This document shows positions 36,560 through 49,006 of a stretch of DNA of 64,000 bases, piece after piece (the stretch's first letter is position 1; each line of letters begins with the position of its first letter). Both the position numbers and the translations under genes were made by a program. This DNA comes from Malacoraja senta. Taxonomy: Eukaryota. The notes beneath the pieces were generated by a model. The model had not been told where the DNA came from. It worked only from the letters and a program-made list of their open reading frames with translations, and did not search any database. The DNA lies in the NCBI GenBank assembly GCA_038087875.1, contig JAXLNO010000239.1:1-64000 (forward strand), read 5' to 3'.

Positions 36560-38630
36560 CAAGTCTCAAGAGTATTTAATTTTTATATGTACCAGCAACA
36601 GAACAATAAAATTCTTACCTGCTGCAGCTTAACAGCCCCATTAATGCAACAACACATAATGAATACTGAATATTCAATAGTACAATTCATTAATAATAAG
36701 TAATACTAGGCAAGCAGCCCATACACAGGTAGTTCAAAACCAAAGTCCATAGTGCAACCAAAACAGTCCATAATAGATCATGGTTGCTGAGGAATCGTTG
36801 TGGTTAATGCCGTGCCACGTTCAAGAGCTTGATTGTTGTTGGGAAGGAGCTTTTCTTGAACTTAAGTCATTGTTTTCAGGCTGTTGTATCTACTTCCTGG
36901 TGGTAATGCTGAGATGAGCGTGTGGTCAGGATGATGTAGGTCTTTAATGGTATTAGCTGCATTTTTGAGGCAGTGTCTTCTAAAGACTCATCAGCGGAGA
37001 TGATGAATCAATGTACAGGGAGGAAGTAAAACAACTAGTGGAATGGTGCGGCAAAAATAATCTAGAACTAAATGTGGAAAAAACAAAGGAGATGGTTGTC
37101 GACTTCAGGAGGGCGCAGCCAAAGCATGCACCCCTTAACATCAGTGGCGCCACAGTGGAGAGAGTGGAGAGCATAAAGTTCCTCGGGGTGCAAATTACAG
37201 ACAGCCTCACCTGGTCCAGAAACACCACTGGGACCGTCAAAAGGGCCCATCAGCGACTGCACTTCCTGAGGAAACTAAAACAGGCCTCACTCCCCACCAA
37301 CATCCTCAGGACTTTCTACAGGGGTACGGTGGAGTCTGTACTCACATACTGTTTAAATACGTGGTACTCCACCTGCAACTGCTCGGACAGGAAGGCTCTG
37401 CAGAGGGTAGTGAGGGGAGCAGAGAAGATCATTGGCGTCTCCCTACCCTCAGTACAAGAACTGTTCCTGAGCCGCTGTCGGAAAAAAGCCCAAAAAATTG
37501 CTAAGGACAAACTGCACCCCCTCCACATACACCTGGATCTCCTGCCATCAGGCAAGAGATATCGCAGCATCAAAGCCCGGACTACAAGACTGCTAAACAG
37601 CTTCCTGCCATATGCTGTGAGGCTGCTAAATAGCCACTCTGTACTCACAGTCACCTGATTCTGCGGCTTGGCACGGACACTATAATAACTGGCACTGGCC
37701 ACTTCAATAACTGGCACTGGCCACTCAAATCAGCCACCCCGGACATGTTTATGATTGGTCTCACTGTATTTTAACGTTGTTTGTATCGATTTTAACTTAT
37801 ACTGTTCCATCAGGGACTGGATTGTTTTTATTGTTGTTATTATTATGTGTGAAATGTTTTAAACGTCATGTGCGATGCTCCGGTATTCCCTGGGAAACGT
37901 CTTTTCGTTTTGCACTGCACAACTGTTGCTTGCAAGATGACAATAAAGGAATTGAATTGAAGATTCCTTTGATGGTGGGGAGGTCGGTACCCATGAAGAA
38001 CCAGGCATTTTCTACAAATTTTGACAGCCACCTTCATTCCTGGATGTTTGAGTTACCGAACCAGGCCATGATGCAACAAGTCATCACGCTCTCTACCATA
38101 CATCTGTAGATAGAGTATTTGGCAGCAAAACAAACCTCCTCAATCCCCTAAGGACAAGAGGTGTGGATTAGCTTTCTTTGTGATTTCATCAATGTGCTGG
38201 GTCCAGGGCAGATCTTCAGAGAAATGCACTCCCAGGAACTTGAAGCTGTTGACTTTCTCCAGCACCGACCCAGACAGGTTCATGAATCTCCAGGTTTCTC
38301 TTCCTGAAGTCGTCAAGTCAAGCTCCGTGGTCTTACTCGTGTTGAGAGCAAGATTGTTGTTCTGGCATGATTCAATTAGAATACCAATCCCTCTCCTGTA
38401 CTGTGACTCATCAGTATCCGTTATTACTCCAACAATGGTGGTATCATCAGCGACTTTAAAGATGGTGTTGGAGTTGTGTCTGGCTACACAGTCATGGGTA
38501 TAGAGGGAGCAGAGCTGGTGACTCGGCACAGCCTTGAAGTGCTCCTGTGTTGATGATTATTGAGGGGGAAGTGTTGTTGCCAATTCTTATTGATGTGGTC
38601 TGCCGATGAGGAAGTGGAGGGGCAAATTGC
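36560..38630 (-). mobile_element. Older Rex1/Babar LINE remnant (host of the 36985-37960 insertion)
   Basis: LYTHDC...K.ADDTTIVG...NNLALN.SKT.E, FKFLGV on the minus strand. 3' tail near 36560-36620. Confidence 0.75.
36985..37960 (+). mobile_element. Rex1/Babar-clade LINE, 5'-truncated 3' end
   Basis: ORF 37011-37658 YREEV..L..WC..NNL.LNV.KTKEMVVDFRR...KFLG...QRLHFLRKL...FYRGT.ESVLTYC. Tail gacaataaag(gaatt)n. Confidence 0.9.
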
Positions 38631-39114
38631 ACAGGCACAAGCAGAGACCTAGTTCTCCAAGTCTGAAGAAGGGTCCCACCCCAAAACGTCACCCATTCAT
38701 GTACTCCAGAGATGTTGCCTGACCCACTGAGTTACTCTAGCATTTTGTGTCCTTTTGTGCATCTACAGTTCCGTCCGTCATTGCATGGACTGCAACAGCA
38801 CAAAACAACGATTCACCACCATCTCCTCAAAGGCAATGAGGGAGAAACACTAGATGCTGATCCTACCAATGATGCCCACAATTCTGGAATGATTTAAAAA
38901 AAATTATACACAAACTATATAATTGAAGATGATGGTATTTATCAAACATCAGTAGGTTAGGAAAAGAATAGCCTCGTACCAACTGGAAAATAAATTGCAT
39001 GCTAATGAATGGAATTTTTTAGAAAGCATAGCTGCATAGTGCACAGCGGTAGAGTTGTTGCCTCACAGCACCAGACACCCAGGTTTGATACAGACTAGAG
39101 GTGCTATCCATGCT

Positions 39115-39655
39115 ATCCATTGTGTTCGGTTCTGGGCACCATGTCATAGGAAAGATACTGTCAAGCTTGAAAAGGTTCAGTGAAGATTTACGAGGATGTT
39201 GCCAGATCTAGCGGGTCTGAGATATAGGGATAGGTTGAGTAGACTGGGTCTCTATTCTTTGGAGCACAGGAGGATGAGGGGTGATCTTATAGATGTGTAT
39301 AAAATCATGTGAGGAATAGATTGGGTAGATGCACAGAGTGTCTTGTCCATAGGGGAATCGAGGACTGGAGAACATAGGTTCAACGTGAAGGGGAAAAGAT
39401 TTAATAGGAATCTGCGGGGTAACTTTTTCACACAAAGGGTGTTCGGTGTATGGAACAAGCTGCCAAAAGAGGTAGTTGAGGCTGGGACTATCCCAACGTT
39501 TAAGAAACAGTTAGACAGGTACATGGATAGGACAGGTTTGGAGGGATATGGACCAAGTGCAGGCAGGTAGGACTAGTGTAGCTGGAACACATTACCAGTG
39601 TGGGCAAGTTGGGCTGAAGGGCCTGTTTCCACACTGTATCACTATGACTATGACT
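39115..39655 (+). mobile_element. CR1 3' end nested inside a HE1 SINE (SINE halves ~39030-39115 and ~39655-39765)
   Basis: RGNFFTQRV..VWNKLP. (ctatga)n tail. SINE head and V-domain on either side. Confidence 0.8.
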
Positions 39656-39799
39656 CTGTGCAGAATTTGTACATTCTTCCTGTGACAGTGTGGGTTATCT
39701 CTGGGTGCTCTGGTTTCCTCCCACATTCCAAAGCCATGCAGGTTTGTAGTTTAATTGGCTTCCCTAGAAGAGTGAAGAGGGAAGAATGAAGTATATGAC

Positions 39800-40580
39800 T
39801 GCAAACCCCAAAGTGCTGAAGTAACTAAGCAGGTCAGGCATTATCTCCAGAGGTAGTAAGCTACTCAAGTGGAATATGAGGTGCTGTTCCTCTGGTTTGC
39901 ATGTGGTCTCACTCTGGCAATGGAGGAGACCTGGGTCAGAAAGGTTGGTATGGGAATGGGAAGGGGAGGTAAAATGATTAGCAACCGGCTGATTCAGCAG
40001 AACTTGGCAGACCAAATGCAAGTGTTTGGCAAAACAGTCGACTTGGTTTTGCCGATGTAAAGGAGGCCACATTGGGAACACTAAATGTAGTAGATGATGT
40101 TTGAAGTAGTGCATGTGATCCTCTGTCTTAGCTGGAATGGTTGCTGGGATCCCTGGATGGAGGTGAGGGAGAAGGTGTAGGGACAGGTGTTTAATCTCCT
40201 GCGGTTGCAGGGAAAAGTACCTGGGGAGGAGGTGGTTTAGATAGGAAGGGATGAGTATAACAAAGAGTTGTAGAGGGAGTGGTCTCTGTGGAAGTTGAAA
40301 GAACGGTGGGGATGGGCAGATGTGACTGATGGAATCATGTTGGAGGTGGCAGTAATGTTAGAGATTGATATGTTAGATACAGAGGCTGATGGGGTAAAAG
40401 GTGAGGACCAGAGGAACACTATCCTTATTCCTTCTGGGGGTGGGGGGGGGGTGGGAGTGGGAGCAAGAACAGAAATGCGGGATACAGAGGAGACTCGGAT
40501 GATGGAACCCTCCATAACAGTAGGGAGAAAATTATGTTTACTGAAGAAAGAATATATCTTGGATGTCCTAGAGTGAAAAG
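39800..40580 (-). mobile_element. Degraded Penelope-like element (GIY-YIG region)
   Basis: PVANHFTSPSHS..LS..GLLHCQ....EEQHLIFHL. Confidence 0.8.
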
Positions 40581-40581
40581 C

Positions 40582-41329
40582 ATGCAAAAGAATAAAACTC
40601 GATGGAAACTAAAGATTATCATCAGTAGGTAGCACAAGCAGTTAGCAAAGTTATTATCATGAGTAGGTAGCACAATCTTGGGAGCAGTGCATATGACGTA
40701 AGTGTATGACAGAATTTGTTTATAACTTTTTGGCTTATTCCAGTAGCCAAGTTTTAGATAATCCCTGTCAATTTTCCAGCAGCTTTGGCCAGCAGACAAA
40801 TGGATGGGAAGTCTATGTTAACATATAAATGTCAGGAAATTTGAGTAGATTGACCCTGTTGAAGGTTGGCTGATGTTTTGCTCGTTATACATGAGACTCA
40901 CCGTATCTCTGGCCTCACAGCGAATTACTTTTGAATAGGACAACATATTTCTGGGAATAATTTTGTAGGTCCTGGAAATGAGAACTATTAATTTTTATAA
41001 GTCATGAGGATCACAAATAACAGGATCCTGCACCTGATATATTTTCGGTAATCATGTGTTGCGCGCATTAATCATGAAGAACAGGATCTATAAGGGGAAG
41101 TGCTTACACACTTAATAAATACTTGAAAACCCCAGATAATGGGAATTATAAGTTTAATAGCTCTGAATTGAAGAGCCCATAAAAATAAATTGTAGAGCCT
41201 ATAAAATAAATGATTTTATGATATTTGATTAATGTATGTTCATTTGATCTGATGCAGACAACATGCCAAGCTTGTGCTACCTACTCATGATAATAACTTT
41301 GGTTTGCATCCAGTTTTATTCTTTTGCAT
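40582..41329. mobile_element. Putative old MITE with ~60-bp terminal inverted repeats
   Basis: atgcaaaagaataaaact.gat..aaa..aaag..attatcat.agtaggtagcacaagc at 40582-40640 is the reverse complement of 41270-41329. Confidence 0.6.
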
Positions 41330-44300
41330 CGCTTCTGGATCCAGCCTGATTTTGTCTATGGTAACCGCTAGTGAAACCTATTATTTGCCATTTAAAGCCA
41401 CTGTAACCTCTATTAGGGGAGGTGCATGTAGCCCAGATAGGTGCCGACATACGTCATATACAAGCAGTCCCTGGGTTACATGCTGTATGTGTTCTGTTCC
41501 TGAGAACTGTCTGTAAGCTGATTTTTCCATGTTAGAAATTATTGTTTCCTACAGCTACCCATATTGTTTCACTCTACAGGCACTTGTTATAATTCTTTCA
41601 TTTTATGGCATAATCACTTCAGCACTACCCATATTTAATCCAATATTGTATCTAGTCATTAATGTATCTTCTGACACCCTTCCTCACTGTCTGCAATTCC
41701 TCCAACATAACATGAAGTATTTTATTATTATTACTAGCAGGTTGAAAAATGTTTTAAAGAACTATTGGAAATTTTGGGTAAAGTCGCAAGTCAGCTCATT
41801 CTCAATCCAGAGAGCCGCTGTACTTGAAGCCAGCTTCGGAGACATGGAATACATTTATTTTATTTAGATATGGGAGGCAGGTACCTGACAAAGCCAGCAT
41901 TTCTTGCCCTTTAAATATCACACTTGAGAAGGTGGAGGTGAACCAAGTTCGGGAATTGCTGGCATTCTCACGGAGAGTACCACCATGTGATAGAGGGTGG
42001 TATTTCAGTGTTCTGATATCACATTGGAGATACTGGCAGAAAGGAAGAGGGAGTTACTGATTTAAGAGGATTTTGGATGCAACTCCATTAACACATGGGG
42101 AAGGCAAAGGGAAGAGATAGCTTTTGATCTAAGTGCCAGGAATAAAGTGCCAAATCCTGGGGTAGTGACTCCTCATGTGTGATCATGGTCTATAAATACA
42201 TTTCAAATGACAATCCTATCAAGTTTTGGGGTGGCACATTGGCGCAGTGGTAGAATTCTGACTATGGGTGCTGTCTGTATGGAGTTGAATGGATGAATAA
42301 TGAATGAATGAATGATACTTTATTGTCACGTGTGATAAGTCACAGTGATATTCTATGTTTAGCACATCCAAGTTATGCAAAGAGTCGCCACATAAAGAGC
42401 GGCCACAAAGTTACAAAGTATCCCACGCCTGTTCCTCCTTGTTCTCGGTGGCGCGTCTGTCCTTCGGTGCCCTCAACGACCGCCGATCTCGACCACCGAC
42501 ACCCACATCGACCGCCGACCCGGCGCCCTTCTCGACCGCTGCACCAACCTCCTCGTCGACCGCCGCCGGTCCACTCCTGACGCCTCAGCATCACCTACCC
42601 AGAGTCTGGCTTCGGGGATTGTCGCCCGGCCTCTCCGCAGCCTCCTGGGAGGCGTCTGCCGAGTTTGTATGTTCTCCCCGTGACGGCGTGGGTTTTCACC
42701 GGGTACTCCGGTTTCCTCCCACCACCCAAAGATGTACACGTTTGTAGGTTAATTGGTTTCTTTAAATTGTCCCTAGTGTGTAGGATAGAATTAGTGTATG
42801 GGTAATCGTGGTCAGCATAGACTCCATGGGCTGAGGGGTCTGTTTCCATGCTGTGTCACTCAACTCAACTCAACTCAACTCAACTCAACACAACTCAACT
42901 CAACTCAACTCAACTCCTTGCTTCAGGGCTCTGCTGACAATCACTAACAATCTTGATTGAGGCTGAGGCAGAACAACAATATGCTCCACTGTACCCTGTG
43001 ATAGAGGGTGGTATTTCAGTGTTCTGATATCACATTGGAGATGCTGGCAGAAAGGAAGAGGGAGTTACTGATTTAAGAGGATCTTGGATGCTCTACTAGG
43101 ATCATGGTGGCCCTACTAGGAGCAAAGCTCTAGACGGCATCGCTCTTAGGATCTCAGGACCACACAAGCTTCTCCACCACGACAAGGTGACAATCCAGGG
43201 AGAAAGTGAAAGCTAACGATCCAAATACAAATAGAGATAGCAGATAGAGATAACTAAACATAATACCACATGGCTGGGAATAGATGTTCAAAAGGATTTT
43301 GACAAGCCCAATGTAAAGAAAAGGCGGTTAGAGGGGGTTGGGTTCAATGGAATGAGAACAGGTCGGCCTGAGAAAATTAGAATGAAATCTTGGCAGGCAA
43401 AACTGTAATTGAACAATGAAAGGCCTTCAAGGGCTGCATAACCCACTTTGTTCAATTAGAGTATTTATTTTATGTCAAAGAAAAAGAGGCTGCTGGAGTC
43501 TCTGCGAATAGTCAACTTTTTAATGTTGACCAAAATAACCATAGTCATAAAAATAGGCCCTTCAGCCCTCTGAATCTGTGCCTACTGATCCTACATTTAT
43601 CCCATTTTTTTGTTCTCCCCACACACTTATCGACTTTCCCCAGAATCTACCGCTCACCAATAATATTCTTTGGAAACTTACACTGGCCGATCAATCCAGT
43701 TTTATTCTTTTGCATCGCTTCTGGATCCAGCCTGATTTTGTCTATGGTAACCGCTAGTGAAACCTATTATTTGCCATTTAAAGCCACTGTAACCTCTATT
43801 AGGGGAGGTGCATGTTGCCCAGATAGGTGCCGACATACGTCATATACAAGCAGTCCCTGGGTTACATGCTGTATGTGTTCTGTTCCTGAGAACTGTCTGT
43901 AAGCTGATTTTTCCATGTTAGAAATTATTGTTTCCTACAGCTACCCATATTGTTTCACTCTACAGGCACTTGTTATAATTCTTTCATTTTATGGCATAAT
44001 CACTTCAGCACTACCCATATTTAATCCAATATTGTATCTAGTCATTAATGTATCTTCTGACACCCTTCCTCACTGTCTGCAATTCCTCCAACATAACATG
44101 AAGTATTTTATTATTATTACTAGCAGGTTGAAAAATGTTTTAAAGAACTATTGGAAATTTTGGGTAAAGTCGCAAGTCAGCTCATTCTCAATCCAGAGAG
44201 CCGCTGTACTTGAAGCCAGCTTCGGAGACATGGAATACATTTATTTTATTTAGATATGGGAGGCAGGTACCTGACAAAGCCAGCATTTCTTGCCCTTTAA

Positions 44301-46084
44301 ATATCACACTTGAGAAGGTGGAGGTGAACCAAGTTCGGGAATTGCTGGCATTCTCACGGAGAGTACCACCATGTGATAGAGGGTGGTATTTCAGTGTTCT
44401 GATATCACATTGGAGATGCTGGCAGAAAGGAAGAGGGAGTTACTGATTTAAGAGGATTTTGGATGCAACTCCATTAACACATGGGGAAGGCAAAGGGAAG
44501 AGATAGCTTTTGATCTAAGTGCCAGGAATAAAGTGCCAAATCCTGGGGTAGTGACTCCTCATGTGTGATCATGGTCTATAAATACATTTCAAATGACAAT
44601 CCTATCAAGTTTTGGGGTGGCACATTGGCGCAGTGGTAGAATTCTGACTATGGGTGCTGTCTGTATGGAGTTGAATGGATGAATAATGAATGAATGAATG
44701 ATACTTTATTGTCACGTGTGATAAGTCACAGTGATATTCTATGTTTAGCACATCCAAGTTATGCAAAGAGTCGCCACATAAAGAGCGGCCACAAAGTTAC
44801 AAAGTATCCCACGCCTGTTCCTCCTTGTTCTCGGTGGCGCGTCTGTCCTTCGGTGCCCTCAACGACCGCCGATCTCGACCACCGACACCCACATCGACCG
44901 CCGACCCGGCGCCCTTCTCGACCGCTGCACCAACCTCCTCGTCGACCGCCGCCGGTCCACTCCTGACGCCTCAGCATCACCTACCCAGAGTCTGGCTTCG
45001 GGGATTGTCGCCCGGCCTCTCCGCAGCCTCCTGGGAGGCGTCTGCCGAGTTTGTATGTTCTCCCCGTGACGGCGTGGGTTTTCACCGGGTACTCCGGTTT
45101 CCTCCCACCACCCAAAGATGTACACGTTTGTAGGTTAATTGGTTTCTTTAAATTGTCCCTAGTGTGTAGGATAGAATTAGTGTATGGGTAATCGTGGTCA
45201 GCATAGATTCCATGGGCTGAAGGGTCTGTTTCCATGCTGTGTCACTCAACTCAACTCAACTCAACTCAACTCAACACAACTCAACTCAACTCAACTCAAC
45301 TCCTTGCTTCAGGGCTCTGCTGACAATCACTAACAATCTTGATTGAGGCTGAGGCAGAACAACAATATGCTCCACTGTACCCTGTGATAGAGGGTGGTAT
45401 TTCAGTGTTCTGATATCACATTGGAGATGCTGGCAGAAAGGAAGAGGGAGTTACTGATTTAAGAGGATCTTGGATGCTCTACTAGGATCATGGTGGCCCT
45501 ACTAGGAGCAAAGCTCTAGACGGCATCGCTCTTAGGATCTCAGGACCACACAAGCTTCTCCACCACGACAAGGTGACAATCCAGGGAGAAAGTGAAAGCT
45601 AACGATCCAAATACAAATAGAGATAGCAGATAGAGATAACTAAACATAATACCACATGGCTGGGAATAGATGTTCAAAAGGATTTTGACAAGCCCAATGT
45701 AAAGAAAAGGCGGTTAGAGGGGGTTGGGTTCAATGGAATGAGAACAGGTCGGCCTGAGAAAATTAGAATGAAATCTTGGCAGGCAAAACTGTAATTGAAC
45801 AATGAAAGGCCTTCAAGGGCTGCATAACCCACTTTGTTCAATTAGAGTATTTATTTTATGTCAAAGAAAAAGAGGCTGCTGGAGTCTCTGCGAATAGTCA
45901 ACTTTTTAATGTTGACCAAAATAACCATAGTCATAAAAATAGGCCCTTCAGCCCTCTGAGTCTGTGCCTACTGATCCTACATTTATCCCATTTTTTTGTT
46001 CTCCCCACACACTTATCGACTTTCCCCAGAATCTACCGCTCACCAATAATATTCTTTGGAAACTTACACTGGCCGATCAATCCA
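41308..46084 (+). repeat. Near-identical tandem duplication, unit 2386 bp
   Basis: Matching ORFs offset by 2386 (41529/43915 etc.). ATCCA microhomology at 41308, 43694 and 46080. Confidence 0.95.
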
Positions 46085-46279
46085 TCAACCCACATGTCTT
46101 TGGGATCTAGGAAGAAAGTAGTGCTTTCATAAATGAATGTGCTTTTATAACTATAAACAGGGAATGCAAGAAAATCCCATAAAGTAAACGGTGGAGATGG
46201 AAAAATAAAATTTAACAAAGACGTTGCCTCAAAGACAAGGAGGAAAACAGATATAAACAAAAAGACACAAAGGAAAACT

Positions 46280-46790
46280 CTGTCCGCTGTTCCAGGTGTC
46301 AACTTCTCTACCGATGTTCCAGGTGTCAACCTCTCTACATCGGCGAGATCAAGCGCAGGCTCGGCGATCGTTTCACGGAACACCTCCGCTCAGTCCGTCT
46401 TAACCTACCTGATCTCCCGGTGGCTCAGCACTTCAACACCCCCTCCCATTCACAATCTGACCTTTCTGTCCTGGGCCTCCTCCATTGTTAGAGTGAGGCC
46501 CAGCACAAATTGGAGGAACAGCACCTCATATTTCGCTTGAGGAGTTTACACCCCAGCGGTATGAACATTGACTTCTCTAGCTTCAGATAGCCCTTGCTTT
46601 CTCTCTCCATTCCCTTCCTTTTCCCAGTTCTCCCACAAGTCTTACTGTCTCTGCCTACATTCTATCTTTGTCCCGCTCACTCCCCTGACATCAGTCTGAA
46701 GAAGGGTCTCGATCCGAAATGTCACCCATTGCTTCTCTCCAGAGATGCTGCCTCACCCACTGAGTTACTCCAGCATTTTGTGTCTACAAA
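46280..46790 (+). mobile_element. Penelope-like element 3' part (GIY-YIG and terminal repeat)
   Basis: LYIGE.KRRLGDRF.EHLRSV...PDLPVAQHFN; ctgaagaagggtctcgatccgaaa. Confidence 0.85.
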
Positions 46791-47124
46791 GGGAAACTCA
46801 TGGAAAGAAAAACAGAACGTCAAGATGGGCAAGCAGGAAGAAAAATGTAAGTGAATCAAATAGCCACTTCAGAAAATCGTATGCAGCATATGCCCTTTGC
46901 ATAAAAAACACAGTGCTGCAGGGTCAGGCAGCATCTGTGGAGGGAAATGGACAGACAATGTTTTGGGTCGGGACCCTTCTTCAGACTGATGGAATAGAGT
47001 CAACAGTGTTTAATTGTCATATATACTGACAACAGAACATTGACATTTTTAGTTTGAGCAGCATGACAGCCTGTGGGGATGGGAAGTTATAACTTGTGGT
47101 AGAATCATATTAAAGATGGTGGAA

Positions 47125-47750
47125 ATGTCAAAGAATGATGTGTTGCATGTGGATGCTGCTGGGGTGGAAGGTGAGGACCATGGGATCTCTAACCTTGCTC
47201 AATCGGGGGCAAGTGGGAGCGAGAGCTGTGGGACACAGAAGAGTCAGAGAAGAGATCTCTATTGAGAACAGGAGGAGAGAAATTTTCAGAAGATTTTGGA
47301 TTTTATAGAAGGTTAATTTATAAAAGAAAGATGACATCCCAAATGTCCTTGAATGGAAAGCCTCACCTTGGGAGCAGGTGTGGCAGAGTCGGAGAAACTG
47401 AGAATAAGAGATAGAAACCTTTCCAGAGGCACGGGGAGAGGGAGTGTAGTCTAGGTAGCTATCTGTGGGAGTCAGTGTATTTGTTGTAGATTTCAGTGGA
47501 TACTCTGTCCCCTGTGATAGAGATGGAGAGATTGGGGATAGAGGTGTCAGAGAGTCCAAGTGAATTTGAAGCTAGGGTAAAGTTAGCAGTGAAGTTGATG
47601 AAATCAGTGAGTTCTGCACAGATGCTGGAGGCAGCCCCAATGTAGTTGTTGATGTAGGGGAAAAAGACATTTGGATCAAAGAATGTTCAACTTAACCAAC
47701 TAAAATACAGGCATAGCTTGGGTTCATGTAAGTGCCCAAGACTACATATT
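47125..47750 (-). mobile_element. Degraded Penelope RT C-terminal region
   Basis: TDSYLDY....SISYSQFLRL...CS motif. Confidence 0.7.
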
Positions 47751-47846
47751 TTCCTCTTGTCTCAGGAATTTGTCTTGAACACTGATTTAAATAATCTAAT
47801 TGCATATTATAAGATGAAACAGAACAAAAGTGCTTAGTTATCATAC

Positions 47847-47880
47847 CTTGGTGAAAGTATTGTTGTCCACTGCATTATCT
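47847..47880 (-). CDS. Candidate coding exon B (EIMQWTTILSP)
   Basis: Acceptor tttgttctttattccaatttAG, donor GTatga. Phase 1 to 2. Confidence 0.4.
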
Positions 47881-48574
47881 CTAAATTGGAATAAAGAACA
47901 AACATTAGGATAAGTGATGAATAGGTGAATGAAAATGATACAGATTCTATAAAAACTTGTGCTAGTTGAAGTAAAATTATTTTCTTTCCACAGCACATTT
48001 TTGCTTGGCAACCGAATTGCATGTAGTGTTTTTTTTAAATAAGTTAACCAAGTACTGTCAGCTGCTTTCCTGGAACGTACATTTGTCCACATTTCTTTAA
48101 CAAGTATTAGGCTTTTGAAATGACCATACTAAAATTAAAAGAATAAACTTAAAGTTAAGAGTTCTTTGTTCAGAAAGCATATTCCGAGAGATTTTACAAG
48201 GAGTATTCGTGCTCAGTCAGACATTCATACATGTGCAGTAATTTAAGGCTTAGTTTAAAAAAGGTTAGTGTGGTTAAACCTGGAAATTATAGCTATGTTA
48301 ACCCAAGTTACAGAAGGTTCTATTTGTATCTGGAAAAGCAATGACATACTAAGGATAGTCAGAAGATACATACAAAAAGCTGGAGTAACTCAGCAGGGCA
48401 GACAGCATCTCTGGAGAAAAGGAATAGGTGACATTTTGGGCCGAGACCCTTCTTCTCGACCCGAAACGTCACCTGTTTCCTTTTCTCAAGAGATGCTGTC
48501 TGACCCGCTGAGTTCCTCCAGTTTTTTGTGTCTATCTTCGGTTTAAACCAGCATCTGCAGTTCCTTCCTACACA

Positions 48575-48855
48575 TTAAGGATAGTCAGCATGGCCCTGTG
48601 CAGCATAGGGATTTTGATGAGGTGACAAAGATGATTGATGAAGGTAGGGCAGTGAATGTTGCATACATGGACTTTAATAAAGTGTTTGATGAGATCTATC
48701 ATGAGGTGTTGATCCAGAAGATTAAAAGGCCTGTCCCACTAACGCGACTTTTCAGCGACTGTCTTTGACCTTCAAGCTCGAGGGTACTCGCCTGAAAAAC
48801 CTCGAGTTGGATCGACCGTCAGCGATTAAACCGCGAGCTGGATCGACCGTCTGCA

Positions 48856-48897
<42 letters not shown>

Positions 48898-48920
48898 CAC
48901 ACACGCACACGCGCACACGC

Positions 48921-49006
<86 letters not shown>

